A DNA stretch of 64,000 nucleotides from NCBI GenBank assembly GCA_035285125.1, contig JAYKHR010000173.1:1-64000 (forward strand), written 5' to 3'. This DNA comes from Candidatus Sericytochromatia bacterium. Lineage in GTDB: Bacteria > Cyanobacteriota > Sericytochromatia > S15B-MN24 > JAQBPE01. Of this stretch, positions 10,241 to 21,439 are shown piece after piece. The notes beneath the pieces were generated by a model. It was not told the DNA's origin. It worked only from the letters and a program-made list of their open reading frames with translations, and searched no databases. The position numbers and the translations under genes were made by a program. The first letter of the stretch is position 1. Each line of letters opens with the position of its first letter.

Positions 10241-11643
10241 AGCGCGTCGACCGCCTGCCGCGCCGCCTGCACCAGGCGCGCCTCGTCGCCCTCGAGCAAG
10301 GTGCGCGGATCGATCCAGAGCCAGCCATCCGCAGCCCGCCCCACCACGGCCGGCCGCCCCGTCCGCAGGGCGCGGGCGAGGGCATCCAGGGAGCCGTGCA
10401 CGGGACGCAGGCCGACCAGCACAGTGGGCAACTCCACCCCTGGGAGGGTGCCACCCCCGACGGTGGAGGCCCCCTCCCGGCGAGTCACGGCCAGGCCGGG
10501 CTCCTGCTCCAGGCGTGCAGCCAGCCGCTCTGCCGCGCGGCCCAGCTCGGCCGGGGTACGCGCCAGCATCTCGAAGATGGGCACCTCTCGCTCCAGGCCC
10601 TCGGGATCGAGGTAGGCCCGCAGCGTGCCCTCCAGGGCAGCCAGTGCCAGCTTGTCAGGGCGCAAGGCCCGCATCAAGGGGTTCTTCCGGACCCGCGCCA
10701 CGTGGGAGGCCCGGCCCAGCACCAGGCCCGCCTGTGGGCCTCCCAGCAGCTTGTCAGCGCTGACGACGACCAGATCGAGCCCAGCGGCCAGGCTCGCCTG
10801 CACCGTCGGCTCGGGTGGCACGCCATAGCGCGCCAGGTCCACCAGCAGCCCGGAGCCGAGGTCCTCCGCGGAGACCACGCCGTGCTCCCGCCCCAGGACC
10901 GCGACCGCCGACCGCTCTGGCTCCTCCGTGAAGCCCACGATCCGGTAGTTGCTGGTGTGAGAGAGCAGCAGCAAGCCAGTGTCAGGCCCGATGGCCCGCT
11001 CGTAGTCGCTGATGTAAGTCTTGTTGGTGGTGCCGACCTCGCGCAACCGGGCCCCTGAGGCCTCGAGCACCTCGGGCAGCCGAAAGCTGCCACCGATCTC
11101 GATGAGCTGGCCCCGCGAGACCACCACCTCTCGGCCGCGCGCGAAGGTGTCCGTCAGGAGCAGCACGGCTGCGGCGCAGTTGTTGACCACCACCGCGGCC
11201 TCGGCGCCCGTGAGGTGCGTCAGCAGGGCCTCCACGACGGCGTGGCGCGAGCCCCGCTGGCCGCTTCCGAGGTCGATCTCCAGGTTGCAGTAGCCGCCAG
11301 CCACCTCACTCAGCTGGCGCAGGGCCTCTGCGGGCAGGGGCGATCGCCCCAGGTTGGTGTTGATAATCACACCCGTGCCATTGATCACGGGGCGCAGCCT
11401 CGGCCGCGCGAGCCCGTCCATCCGGGCCACGGCATCTGCGACGATGGCCTCGGGAGCAGCCGCACCGCCGCCCCGAAGGCGACGCTCCCGCTCCGCCGCG
11501 ATGGCGGCCCGGAGCGCCCAGCGCACCACCCCCCGGTCGAGACCCACCGAGGCAGCCACGATGCGGGGGTCTGCGACCAGCTTGCCGACGGCGGGCAAGC
11601 CCCGCAGCGATGGCTGAGCGGGTGGCTCGGGGGCCTCAGGCAT
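10237..11643 (-). CDS. selA: L-seryl-tRNA(Sec) selenium transferase
   Basis: [67 protein letters not shown]. Confidence 0.97.
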   Translation of the reverse strand: MPEAPEPPAQPSLRGLPAVGKLVADPRIVAASVGLDRGVVRWALRAAIAAERERRLRGGGAAAPEAIVADAVARMDGLARPRLRPVINGTGVIINTNLGRSPLPAEALRQLSEVAGGYCNLEIDLGSGQRGSRHAVVEALLTHLTGAEAAVVVNNCAAAVLLLTDTFARGREVVVSRGQLIEIGGSFRLPEVLEASGARLREVGTTNKTYISDYERAIGPDTGLLLLSHTSNYRIVGFTEEPERSAVAVLGREHGVVSAEDLGSGLLVDLARYGVPPEPTVQASLAAGLDLVVVSADKLLGGPQAGLVLGRASHVARVRKNPLMRALRPDKLALAALEGTLRAYLDPEGLEREVPIFEMLARTPAELGRAAERLAARLEQEPGLAVTRREGASTVGGGTLPGVELPTVLVGLRPVHGSLDALARALRTGRPAVVGRAADGWLWIDPRTLLEGDEARLVQAARQAVDAL

Positions 11644-12532
11644 CCGGCCTGAGGCCCTCGAACTTGTAGCCGATCAGCTTGTAGACGAGCTTGGCGGCCG
11701 CGAACTCGGAGACGTTCTCACCGGCGATCGGGGCGAGCTCAACGACGTCGCAGCCCACCACCTCCCGGCCCCGGAACAGGGCCCGCAAGAGGTCCAGAGT
11801 CTCGTACCAGCCGAGGCCTCCCGGCTCCGGCGTGCCGACGCCCGGCATCACAGATGGGTCGAGGCCGTCGAGGTCTATCGTGAGGAACACGGGACGGTTC
11901 CCGAGCGCTTCGAGCACCTCCTCGACGCCGTGCCGGCCGCGGCAGTAGTCGCGCGCCCAGAAGATGGTCGACGGGCGCGACTCCCGCCACCAGGCCATCT
12001 CCTCGGCCGAGATGTTTCGCACGCCGACCTGCACGAGGGGCACGCCGAGATCGACGAGCCTCGCCATCGCGCTGGCATGCGAGTGGGGCGTGTCGTCGTA
12101 GGCCTGCCGAAGGTCGGCGTGGGCGTCGATCTGCAAGACGGCGAGGTCGGGCCAGCGCTTGAGGGCCGCCCGCACGGAGCCGACGGTGATGGCATGCTCG
12201 CCGCCCAGCACGATCGGGAACAGCCCCGCGTCCAGCGCAGCGTCGACCACGCCTTCGAGTTGCTTCATCGGGGCGACGTAGTCTTCGCGAGAGGGCCAAA
12301 CCGGCGCCGTGGTGGCGATGCCCACCTCGTAAGGTGACCAGTCCAGCTCGTCGTCATACAGCTCCACCTGCGCCGACGCCGTGAGGATGGCCGCCGGGCC
12401 GTCCTTGGTGCCGCCGCGGTAGCTGGTGGTCGCCTCGTAAGGGAAGGGAATCACGCAGGCCTTGGCCGTCGCCGGGTCCGCATGCTCGGGGGGGAGGTTG
12501 CCGAAGTTGAGCTGGAGGGGAGAGAGCGGCAT
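11636..12532 (-). CDS. speB: agmatinase (ureohydrolase)
   Basis: LGGEHAIT, DAHADLR, SHAS, DLDGLDPSVMPGVGTPEPGGL, DVVELAP. Confidence 0.93.
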   Translation of the reverse strand: MPLSPLQLNFGNLPPEHADPATAKACVIPFPYEATTSYRGGTKDGPAAILTASAQVELYDDELDWSPYEVGIATTAPVWPSREDYVAPMKQLEGVVDAALDAGLFPIVLGGEHAITVGSVRAALKRWPDLAVLQIDAHADLRQAYDDTPHSHASAMARLVDLGVPLVQVGVRNISAEEMAWWRESRPSTIFWARDYCRGRHGVEEVLEALGNRPVFLTIDLDGLDPSVMPGVGTPEPGGLGWYETLDLLRALFRGREVVGCDVVELAPIAGENVSEFAAAKLVYKLIGYKFEGLRPDA

Positions 12533-12539
12533 GGCGGGC

Positions 12540-13193
12540 CTACCGAACGGTCGCCTTGAGGATCCTGTCAGGCTTGCCACCCTGATCCGTCGCCTGGAAG
12601 GCGACGGCATGCTCGAAGCCCTTCGTGACGAGCCCGAAGATGGTGTAGCCTCCGTCGAGGTGCGGGATGGGGCCGTGCGTGATGTAGAACTGGCTGCCGG
12701 CCGAGTTCGGCGCGGCGGAGTGGGCCATCGCGACCACGCCGGGGAGGTGCTTCAGGCCGTTGCCGTGCTCGTCGGGGATATTCCACCCGGGCCCCCCCGT
12801 GCCGATCTGGGGATCGCCGGCCGGCTGGGTCTTCGACAGCGGGTCCCCCCCCTGCGAGACGAAGCCCGGAATGACCCGGTGGAACGTGGTGCCATCGTAA
12901 AAGCCCCTCCGCGTGAGCTTCAAGAAGTTCTCGACGGTCTTGGGGGCTTCCTTGGGAAACAGCACGATCTCGACGGTGCCCTTGCTGGTCTTGAGCACGA
13001 CGGTCTGGCCGGTCTTGATCTTGTGGCCGGCGGCCTTTTCCAGTTCGACGAGCGTCACAGGACGGGGCTGGGCGGCGCGGGCCGCCTTGGTGGTGGTGCT
13101 CGCCTCGGCGACGGGGGCAATCGCCACCGGGGTGACCAGGCAGGCCGTCAGCGCGAGGGTGCAAAGGGGGAGCGAGGCGCGAAGGGAGAACAT
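12540..13193 (-). CDS. cyclophilin-type peptidyl-prolyl isomerase, exported
   Basis: N-terminal signal-like stretch; APKTVENF, FYDGTTFHRVIPGFVSQGGDP, SAGSQFYI, HLDGGYTIFG. Confidence 0.95.
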   Translation of the reverse strand: MFSLRASLPLCTLALTACLVTPVAIAPVAEASTTTKAARAAQPRPVTLVELEKAAGHKIKTGQTVVLKTSKGTVEIVLFPKEAPKTVENFLKLTRRGFYDGTTFHRVIPGFVSQGGDPLSKTQPAGDPQIGTGGPGWNIPDEHGNGLKHLPGVVAMAHSAAPNSAGSQFYITHGPIPHLDGGYTIFGLVTKGFEHAVAFQATDQGGKPDRILKATVR

Positions 13194-13230
13194 CGAGAGG
13201 CTCCTGGGCTAGCTTGGACGCAGACACCGA

Positions 13231-13259
13231 ATCATATCGCACCCACCCCGGTGCGACAA
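13231..13259 (-). promoter_or_regulatory. sigma70-type promoter for the cyclophilin-speB-selAB run
   Basis: TTGTCG-N17-TATGAT on the minus strand; spacer overlaps the inverted repeat TCGCACC/GGTGCGA. Confidence 0.6.
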
Positions 13260-13399
13260 CGCAGGGGGCGTGGCCCCGGTTCCACGCTCGCGGCGCGAGC
13301 CGCGGCGGAAGGCGCAAGCCCCGAGGCCCGGCAGCCGCACGGCGGGCTTGACGTCCGGCCGCAGGCGCGACGGCACCCGACGGCCAAGGCGGACCAGAG

Positions 13400-13479
13400 T
13401 GGGGACGGTGGGACTCGAACCCACACACCGAAGTACGGGTACCTAAAACCCGCGCGTCTGCCAATTTCGCCACGTCCCC
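13400..13479 (-). tRNA. tRNA-Leu (anticodon TAG), CCA not encoded
   Basis: GGGGACG acceptor stem, D loop TGGCAGAC, anticodon arm CGGGT-TTTAGGT-ACCCG, short variable arm, T arm GTGGG-TTCGAGT-CCCAC, discriminator A followed by CTC. Confidence 0.96.
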
Positions 13480-13488
13480 GGGGCGCCC

Positions 13489-13497
13489 ATTCTAGCA
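13489..13497 (-). promoter_or_regulatory. extended -10 element for tRNA-Leu
   Basis: TGCTAGAAT about 9 nt upstream of the tRNA 5' end. Confidence 0.6.
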
Positions 13498-13515
13498 CGG
13501 GCACCCGGGCCGCCG

Positions 13516-14715
13516 TCAGGCGGCGGGGGCGCCGCTTCCGAACAGGGCCCGCACGAAGTCCTTCGGGTCGAAGTCTCCGAGGTCCTCGAGCTTCTCGCCC
13601 ACCCCGACGATCTGCACGGGGATGCCCAGCGCCTGCTGAATGGCGAACACCACCCCGCCCTTGGCCGTGCCGTCGAGCTTGGTCAGGATGACGCCGGTCA
13701 GCCCGACGGCCTCCTTGAACACCTCTGCCTGGCGCAGGCCATTCTGCCCCGTGGTGGCATCCAGCACGAGCAGCACCTGCACGACGGCACCGGGCAGCTC
13801 CCGGTCGATGATGCGCCGGACCTTCCGGAGCTCCTCCATCAGGTTCGCCTTGTTGTGCAGCCGGCCGGCCGTATCGATCAGCAGCACACGCTTGCCACGG
13901 GCCTCCGCCGCCTTGATGGCATCGAAGACGACGGCTGCGGCGTCGCCACCGTGCTGGTGGCGCACGACCTCGACCTCGGCCCGCTGCGCCCAGACCTCGA
14001 GCTGGTCGATGGCAGCGGCCCGGAAGGTGTCGGCCGCCGCGACCACCGTGGGATGGCCCGCCCGCTGCAGGCGCGCCGCCAACTTGCCCACGGTGGTGGT
14101 CTTGCCCACGCCGTTGACACCCACGACCATCAGCACGTTGAGCGAATCCGGGGCGATTCGGAGCGGCTGCGCGTCCCCAAGCCTTTGCTCGAGGAACTGC
14201 GCCAGGGCCCCCGGGATGCCCTCGGGCAACAGCGCCTGTTCCCGGGCCAGCACCCGCAGGTGGGCCAGGATGTCGTCGGTGGTGGCAACGCCCACGTCGG
14301 AGCCGATCAGGATCTCCTCGAGTTCCTCGAGCAACTCGTCGTCGATGCGGCCGCGCCCGAGCACCAGCACCTGGACGCGGTTGACGAGGAACTTCCGCGT
14401 CTCGGAGAGGCGCTCGCGGGTCTTGATGGCCCACGCCTCGTCCTTGTCGAAAACGGGCTTGTTAAGCGCGTCCCAGGCTCGCGCCCACCAGCTCTTGCGG
14501 GGCGTTCCATCGGACGCCTCCGGCCCTGCGGCCTCGGCCATAGGGGGCGAGGGATCGCGCACAGGCTCCGTGGAGGTTGCGGACTCAGGGGGCGCCACGC
14601 CAGCGAGCTCAGGCGACGGACCGCCCGGAAGCTCGGAGGGGTCTCCCGCAGCGGGCGACGTGAGCTCCGCCTCTGCAGGCTTCGGGGGCTCTGCCTCCCG
14701 CCGCCTAAACCACAT
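13516..14715 (-). CDS. ftsY: signal recognition particle receptor
   Basis: GVNGVGKTTT, DTFRAAA, DTAGRLH, DATTGQN, TKLDGTAKGG; Pro/Ala/Glu-rich N-terminal region. Confidence 0.97.
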   Translation of the reverse strand: MWFRRREAEPPKPAEAELTSPAAGDPSELPGGPSPELAGVAPPESATSTEPVRDPSPPMAEAAGPEASDGTPRKSWWARAWDALNKPVFDKDEAWAIKTRERLSETRKFLVNRVQVLVLGRGRIDDELLEELEEILIGSDVGVATTDDILAHLRVLAREQALLPEGIPGALAQFLEQRLGDAQPLRIAPDSLNVLMVVGVNGVGKTTTVGKLAARLQRAGHPTVVAAADTFRAAAIDQLEVWAQRAEVEVVRHQHGGDAAAVVFDAIKAAEARGKRVLLIDTAGRLHNKANLMEELRKVRRIIDRELPGAVVQVLLVLDATTGQNGLRQAEVFKEAVGLTGVILTKLDGTAKGGVVFAIQQALGIPVQIVGVGEKLEDLGDFDPKDFVRALFGSGAPAA

Positions 14716-15364
14716 GCTCCGGCTTCCCCGACCGCAGGCGCGCCGCCTCGGGCGCAAACCTGGCGAGCACGCCATTCACGAACCGCCCGGAGTCCTGCGT
14801 GCCATACTTCTTCGCCAGCTCGACAGCCTCGTTGATGACCACCTCCACGGGCGTGTCGGAGGCCCAGAGCAACTCCCCGACGGCCAGGCGCAGCACGTCC
14901 CGGTCGAGGCTGGCCATGCGGTCGACCGACCAGTTCTGGGCCGCATCCTGGAGCCGCGCGTCGATCTCCGCGGCGTGGTCCACGTACCGCTGAACCTGGC
15001 CGAGCACGAAGGTCCGAACCTCCTCGCCATCGGCAAGCGCGACCTGGGCGGGCATTTCGAGGGCCGAGCCGAGCAGTTCGACGGCGCGCTGGGCGCGGTC
15101 CAGGGCCCCCAGAAGCTCTTCGAGATCACCCTTGGAGAGCCCCTCTCCGGCGCCAACCTCCAGGTAAGCCGCGTGAACGCGCGCTTCTGCTGCCACCAGC
15201 TCGCCACCACTCTCCTGGAGGCGATCCCGAGCCTCGGCCGCCAGCATGTCGGCAGCCCTGCCCAGCATCTCCGGGATGCTGACAGCCCCCCCCTCGGCCC
15301 GGTTGGAGATCTGGGCCATCGTGAGCAAGGAGAGCTCTCGGGCGACGCGACGGGTGTTGAGCAT
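14705..15364 (-). CDS. nusB: transcription antitermination factor NusB (long form with insertion)
   Basis: RRVARELSL, WSVDRMASLDRDVLRLAVGEL, INEAVELAKKYG, FVNGVL. Confidence 0.93.
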   Translation of the reverse strand: MLNTRRVARELSLLTMAQISNRAEGGAVSIPEMLGRAADMLAAEARDRLQESGGELVAAEARVHAAYLEVGAGEGLSKGDLEELLGALDRAQRAVELLGSALEMPAQVALADGEEVRTFVLGQVQRYVDHAAEIDARLQDAAQNWSVDRMASLDRDVLRLAVGELLWASDTPVEVVINEAVELAKKYGTQDSGRFVNGVLARFAPEAARLRSGKPEHVV

Positions 15365-15393
15365 GGGGGGTGGGTCCTCGGTCGGTGGGCGGC

Positions 15394-16740
<1,347 letters not shown>

Positions 16741-16762
16741 CGACCGACCTCGGAACGCTGGC

Positions 16763-17246
<484 letters not shown>

Positions 17247-17254
<8 letters not shown>

Positions 17255-17804
17255 GGCCAAGATACTCGCCGGACCGGGTGTCGACGCGGATGCGCTCGCC
17301 CTGATTGATGAAGAAGGGCACGGCAACGACAGCGCCGGTCTCGAGCTTCGCGGGCTTGGAGCCCCCGGTTGCCGTGTCGCCGCGAACGCCAGGATCGGTC
17401 TCGACCACCTCGAGCTCCACCATGTTGGGGATGTCGACGCCGATGACGGCCTCGTCGAAGTAGAGGACCTGCGCGATGGTCCCTTCTTTGAGCCACTTCA
17501 CAGCGTCACCGAGCTGCTCAGCGGAGAGGGCGACCTGGTCGTAGGTCTCCTGATCCATGAAGTTCCACTCGCCGGCGCCTTCGTACATGTACTGCATCTC
17601 GCGCTTGTCGATGTTGGCGACCGGCAGCATCTCGCCCGCGCGGAAGGTGCGCTCGACGGAGTTGCCCGCGCGCAAGTTCTTGAGCTTGGTGCGAACGAAG
17701 GCCGCGCCCTTGCCGGGCTTGACGTGGAGGAACTCCAAGACGGTCCAAGGGTTGCCGTCGATCACGACGTTCTTGCCGGGCCGAAGGTCGTTCGAAGAAA
17801 TCAT
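17247..17804 (-). CDS. efp: elongation factor P
   Basis: [48 protein letters not shown]. Confidence 0.98.
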
Positions 17805-17995
17805 GGGTGCGCAGACTCTCTAAAGCGATGGATGCCGGATGGGGCATCCTATCACGAAGGCGGAAGCGAGCAACAGGGGATCGGGGATCCGCAGGGCTGC
17901 CGGGCGACGCCACGCGGCCCCGGTGGGGGTCTTGCTTCGTGGCGTGACCGAACCTGTTCAAGACCGGTACACTGGGGCCACGAGAGGAGCGCCCC

Positions 17996-18463
17996 ATGGC
18001 CTACCGCTTCACATGGATCGTCCCGAACCTGCTCGCCGGGATGGCCTGCCCCGGTTACTTCACGGCCCTGGACGCCGATCTGGACCACCTGGCAGGCGAG
18101 GGCGTCAGGCACATTGTGACGCTCACGGAATTCCCCCTGGAGGTGCCGCCGGGCTCGGCCTTCGACACCCACCACGTGCCTGTCGCGGACATGGGCGCCC
18201 CAGTGGTCGATCAGGTGGCGCAGTTCTGCGTCCTCGTCGACGGCGCGGAGCGAGCCCGCCAGGCCGTCGCGGTGCATTGCCTCGCAGGCATCGGCCGCAC
18301 CGGCACCTTCCTGGCCGGCTACCTGATGTGGCGCGAGGGCCTCACGGCCAGGCAGGCCCTCACCCGCGTGAGGAGCCACCGCAAAGAATACGTGCAGAGC
18401 GTGGAGCAAGAGGGCTTCCTCGAGGTGTGGGAGGCCTGGCTCGCCCACCACGGCACGCGCTGA
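17996..18463 (+). CDS. dual-specificity protein phosphatase (Cys-based)
   Basis: FTWIVPNLLAGMACP, VADMGAP, VHCLAGIGRTG (CX5R), VQSVEQE; AGGAG RBS. Confidence 0.92.
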   Translation: MAYRFTWIVPNLLAGMACPGYFTALDADLDHLAGEGVRHIVTLTEFPLEVPPGSAFDTHHVPVADMGAPVVDQVAQFCVLVDGAERARQAVAVHCLAGIGRTGTFLAGYLMWREGLTARQALTRVRSHRKEYVQSVEQEGFLEVWEAWLAHHGTR

Positions 18464-18539
18464 ACCCGACCCGAGACAACCGGCCCTCCTGTCCGCTAGA
18501 ATCGTGGACTTGCGTTCTGTCACACCAGGCCCCCGCTTT

Positions 18540-20279
18540 ATGCCCGCTCGCCTTCTCGCCCCCCTCCAGGCTCTCCATGCCTGGCTAGACCAGAACCCGG
18601 CGGCCAGGTTGGCCGTGGGCCTTGTCCTGTTCGCGGCGGCAGTTGCGCTGCCCCTGCCAGGGTGGCTGCTCGACGCCTGGGTGCTGGTGGCTGTGGCCGG
18701 CTCGGTGGGGCTGGCGACCCTCATCGTCGCAGTCGGGCATGACCTGAGCCCCGGCGAGGTGCTCGCCACCGTGCCGGGGTTTTTGCGGCGGTTCCTGATC
18801 CACAAGCTGGCGTTGTCCGTGGCGCTACTCAAAGCGGTGCTGACGGGCAGCGGCGCCGGCTGCCTCCTCGACTGGATGGCCCAGGGCGCATTGCTCGGCC
18901 ACGCGGGCGTCGGCCTGGTTGGGCTGATTGCGCTGACGGCCGCCCGCCTGTCGCTGTCGGGCTTTCCATTTCCGGAGCGGTTGGATCAGGCGCGCAACAC
19001 CCTCACCGCAGAGGTCGGCCGGGTCGAGGCCCTCGGGCGAGAGGGGCGGCTTTCCCCCCGCCAGGTGGTGACGCGCGCGGCAGCGATGCTGGACGAACTG
19101 CAACTGCTGGCGGAGGGGCGGCAGATCTTCCGGCTGTTGCGGGCAGAGGCCTGGCTCGCGGTCGGTGTGGCCCTGGCCCTGCTCGCTGCCGTGCTGGTCT
19201 CGGGCGTGGTGCTGAAGGGCTGGACGCTGGCGTTGGCAATGACGACCGTCGCGCCCTACGCCCTGGCCGAGGCCCTGCTCACCGGCCTGCCGGCGCTGGT
19301 CGTCGCCGCGGCCCTGGCCCAGTGGTTGACCCAGGCCCTCGAGGAAGCTGTCGCGCGGGCCCGCTCTCCCCAGGACGCACGCCAGGCGTCCGAGCCTGCC
19401 ACGATCGTGCTGGAGCTTGGTAAGGAGCTGGCTGCGCAGCCCAGGCGGAGCCTGCAAGACCTCGTGTCCCAGGTGCGGGCCCGGCTCGCCAGGGAACTCG
19501 GGCTGCCCCTGCCCCGGCTCGAGCTGGTGGCCTCTCCTGGGCTGCCCGGGCGAGGCTACAGGTTGGCGATCCGCGGCGTCACGTGGGTCAGCGGCGAGGT
19601 GGCGGCCGAGGCAGGTTTCGGGGAACTCATCGAGGTCGCCGTGAGGACCGTGCGGGCCCACGCGGGTGACTTGCTGACACTGGAGGCCTGCCGAGCCTGG
19701 CTCGACGAGGTGGGCGAGGGGCATCCCGTCACGGTGGCCCTGGCGGTCGAAGCCTTTGGGCTGGCGCGCATCCAGGCGGTGCTCCAGAGCCTCGTGCGCG
19801 AGCGGGTGCCCGTGCGCGACCTGGCCCAGGTGCTGGAAGCGCTGGTGGCCGTCGGGCCAGCCGTGGGTTCCGACGAGGCGCTGCTGGCCGCTGTGCGACG
19901 CCGGCTCTCGCTGGTCATCAGCCTCGGCCTCGCGGATCCCGCCGGCACCATCAGGGCGCTGGTCCTCGCGGGCGACTGGGGTGACGCGCTGTCCACGGAG
20001 GGGCAGGCCCCAACCGTGGCCCGGGAGCTCACCCAGGCCTGCAGGGCCCAGTGGGCCACGGCCTGCGGCACGGCGGGAGGGCGCGTGGCACTGGTCGTGC
20101 CAGCGACTCACCGGGCCCGAGTCGCTGCGTGGCTGCAGCTCTCGCTGCCAGACATCGCCGTGGTTGCGACCGACGAACTCTCGGCCCACCACGGGCTGCA
20201 GGTGATGGGGACGGTCCATCGGCACGTGTTGCCGGGCTCCACCCCGCCGATCGCCCTGCTCAAGGTCGCGGCCACCTGA
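18540..20279 (+). CDS. highly diverged FlhA/SctV (FHIPEP)-like membrane protein
   Basis: LPLPGWLLD and several TM segments, LPALVV, then FlhA-C-like IVLELG, RELGLPLP, YRLAIRG, VLQSLVRERVPVRDLAQVLEAL; start may be GTG 18504. Confidence 0.75.
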   Translation: MPARLLAPLQALHAWLDQNPAARLAVGLVLFAAAVALPLPGWLLDAWVLVAVAGSVGLATLIVAVGHDLSPGEVLATVPGFLRRFLIHKLALSVALLKAVLTGSGAGCLLDWMAQGALLGHAGVGLVGLIALTAARLSLSGFPFPERLDQARNTLTAEVGRVEALGREGRLSPRQVVTRAAAMLDELQLLAEGRQIFRLLRAEAWLAVGVALALLAAVLVSGVVLKGWTLALAMTTVAPYALAEALLTGLPALVVAAALAQWLTQALEEAVARARSPQDARQASEPATIVLELGKELAAQPRRSLQDLVSQVRARLARELGLPLPRLELVASPGLPGRGYRLAIRGVTWVSGEVAAEAGFGELIEVAVRTVRAHAGDLLTLEACRAWLDEVGEGHPVTVALAVEAFGLARIQAVLQSLVRERVPVRDLAQVLEALVAVGPAVGSDEALLAAVRRRLSLVISLGLADPAGTIRALVLAGDWGDALSTEGQAPTVARELTQACRAQWATACGTAGGRVALVVPATHRARVAAWLQLSLPDIAVVATDELSAHHGLQVMGTVHRHVLPGSTPPIALLKVAAT

Positions 20280-20341
20280 GCCTCCAGCCTCGCGCCCTGC
20301 GCAGGCCGGGTGTAAAATCGGGGGGTTCAGGAGGGAGCCGT

Positions 20342-21439
20342 ATGTCGATCCGCAACCCGCTCGCACTCGTCGTGACGCTTGGCCTCGGGGCCCTCATCGG
20401 GGCTGTCGTGGCGCAGCCCTCGAGGCTGCCGATCGGTCCAAACCGTGGCAAGCTCGACGGCGCCGCGCCGCTGCCGGACGTCGAGGTCGTCGTCGGGGCT
20501 GAGCTGGCGGCCTCCGCCGGTTCCTTGCGGGGCACCGTCGGGCAGATGCCCCGAACCATCCGGGACGCGCTCGGTTTTGCGCCCGCCCAGATCCACTGGC
20601 GCGACAGCCTCGAGCTCGATCCCCACGGGTACGAGTTGCGGCTGCGAGGCCTGAACGTGGGCAGCGGCCGGGTCCAGCCTGGCCGCGTGCTCGCCCTCGA
20701 GACCGTGCCGGGAGGGGCCGCCGGGCTCTCCGGGGAGCGTCACCAGGACCCTGTTTCTGGTCGTCAGGGGGTCTGGGTGGATGAGTCGGACGAGGGCCAG
20801 GCCAGGCTGATGGGGTGCGACGTGCTTCACCCTGGCTTCGTGATGGCGCTCCACCTCGACGCCCTCCTGCGCCGGAACCTCGCGGACCTGCTGACGCGCG
20901 AGGAGACCCACCGGGTGCTTGATGCCGCATCCCAGCAGGCCCCACGGACGGTCAAGGAGCTGCTCGAACGCGTGCCGGTCCACGTCGTCCAGGCCGTGCT
21001 GGCCAACCTCCTGCGGGAGCAGGTGAGTCTTCGCCAGCTGCCCACGGTGCTCGAGGCCCTGCTGGACGCCGCCGAGGACGGCCTCGCCCCCGAGGGACTG
21101 ACGGAGCGCGTCCGCCTGGCCCTGCGGCGACACCTGACGGCCTCGCTCGTGAACGGCGGGGGCGTGCTGGAGGTCATCCCGCTGGGCGACCGGTGGCAGG
21201 CCCTGCGTGGCGCCGAGCCCGGTGACGAGCGTGTGGACGGCCTGGTGCGGCAGCTCCGGGCCCGGATCGACGCGGGGCGGGAGGCTCACGAGCGACCCGT
21301 GCTGCTTGCGCCCCACGAGCTCAGGCTGACGGCTCGCAGGCTTCTGGAGCGCGCCTTGCCGGACCTCCCCGTGCTCTCCGAGCGCGAGGTCGATCCGGGG
21401 GTGACCGTCGTTCGGCTGCCTGACCTCGTCCCTGCATGA
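20342..21439 (+). CDS. FlhA cytoplasmic-domain-like protein with a single N-terminal hydrophobic segment
   Basis: IRDALGF, YELRLRGLNVGSG, DPVSGRQGVWV, LHLDALLRRNLADLLTREE, VLANLLREQVSLRQLPTVLEAL, LTERVRLAL, LPVLSEREV; AGGAGG RBS. Confidence 0.85.
   Translation: MSIRNPLALVVTLGLGALIGAVVAQPSRLPIGPNRGKLDGAAPLPDVEVVVGAELAASAGSLRGTVGQMPRTIRDALGFAPAQIHWRDSLELDPHGYELRLRGLNVGSGRVQPGRVLALETVPGGAAGLSGERHQDPVSGRQGVWVDESDEGQARLMGCDVLHPGFVMALHLDALLRRNLADLLTREETHRVLDAASQQAPRTVKELLERVPVHVVQAVLANLLREQVSLRQLPTVLEALLDAAEDGLAPEGLTERVRLALRRHLTASLVNGGGVLEVIPLGDRWQALRGAEPGDERVDGLVRQLRARIDAGREAHERPVLLAPHELRLTARRLLERALPDLPVLSEREVDPGVTVVRLPDLVPA

Noticed and set aside
13400..13479. tRNA near selAB as possible selC, or as an integration site
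   Set aside because: Anticodon is TAG (Leu) with a short variable arm; no integrase or duplicated 3' end seen
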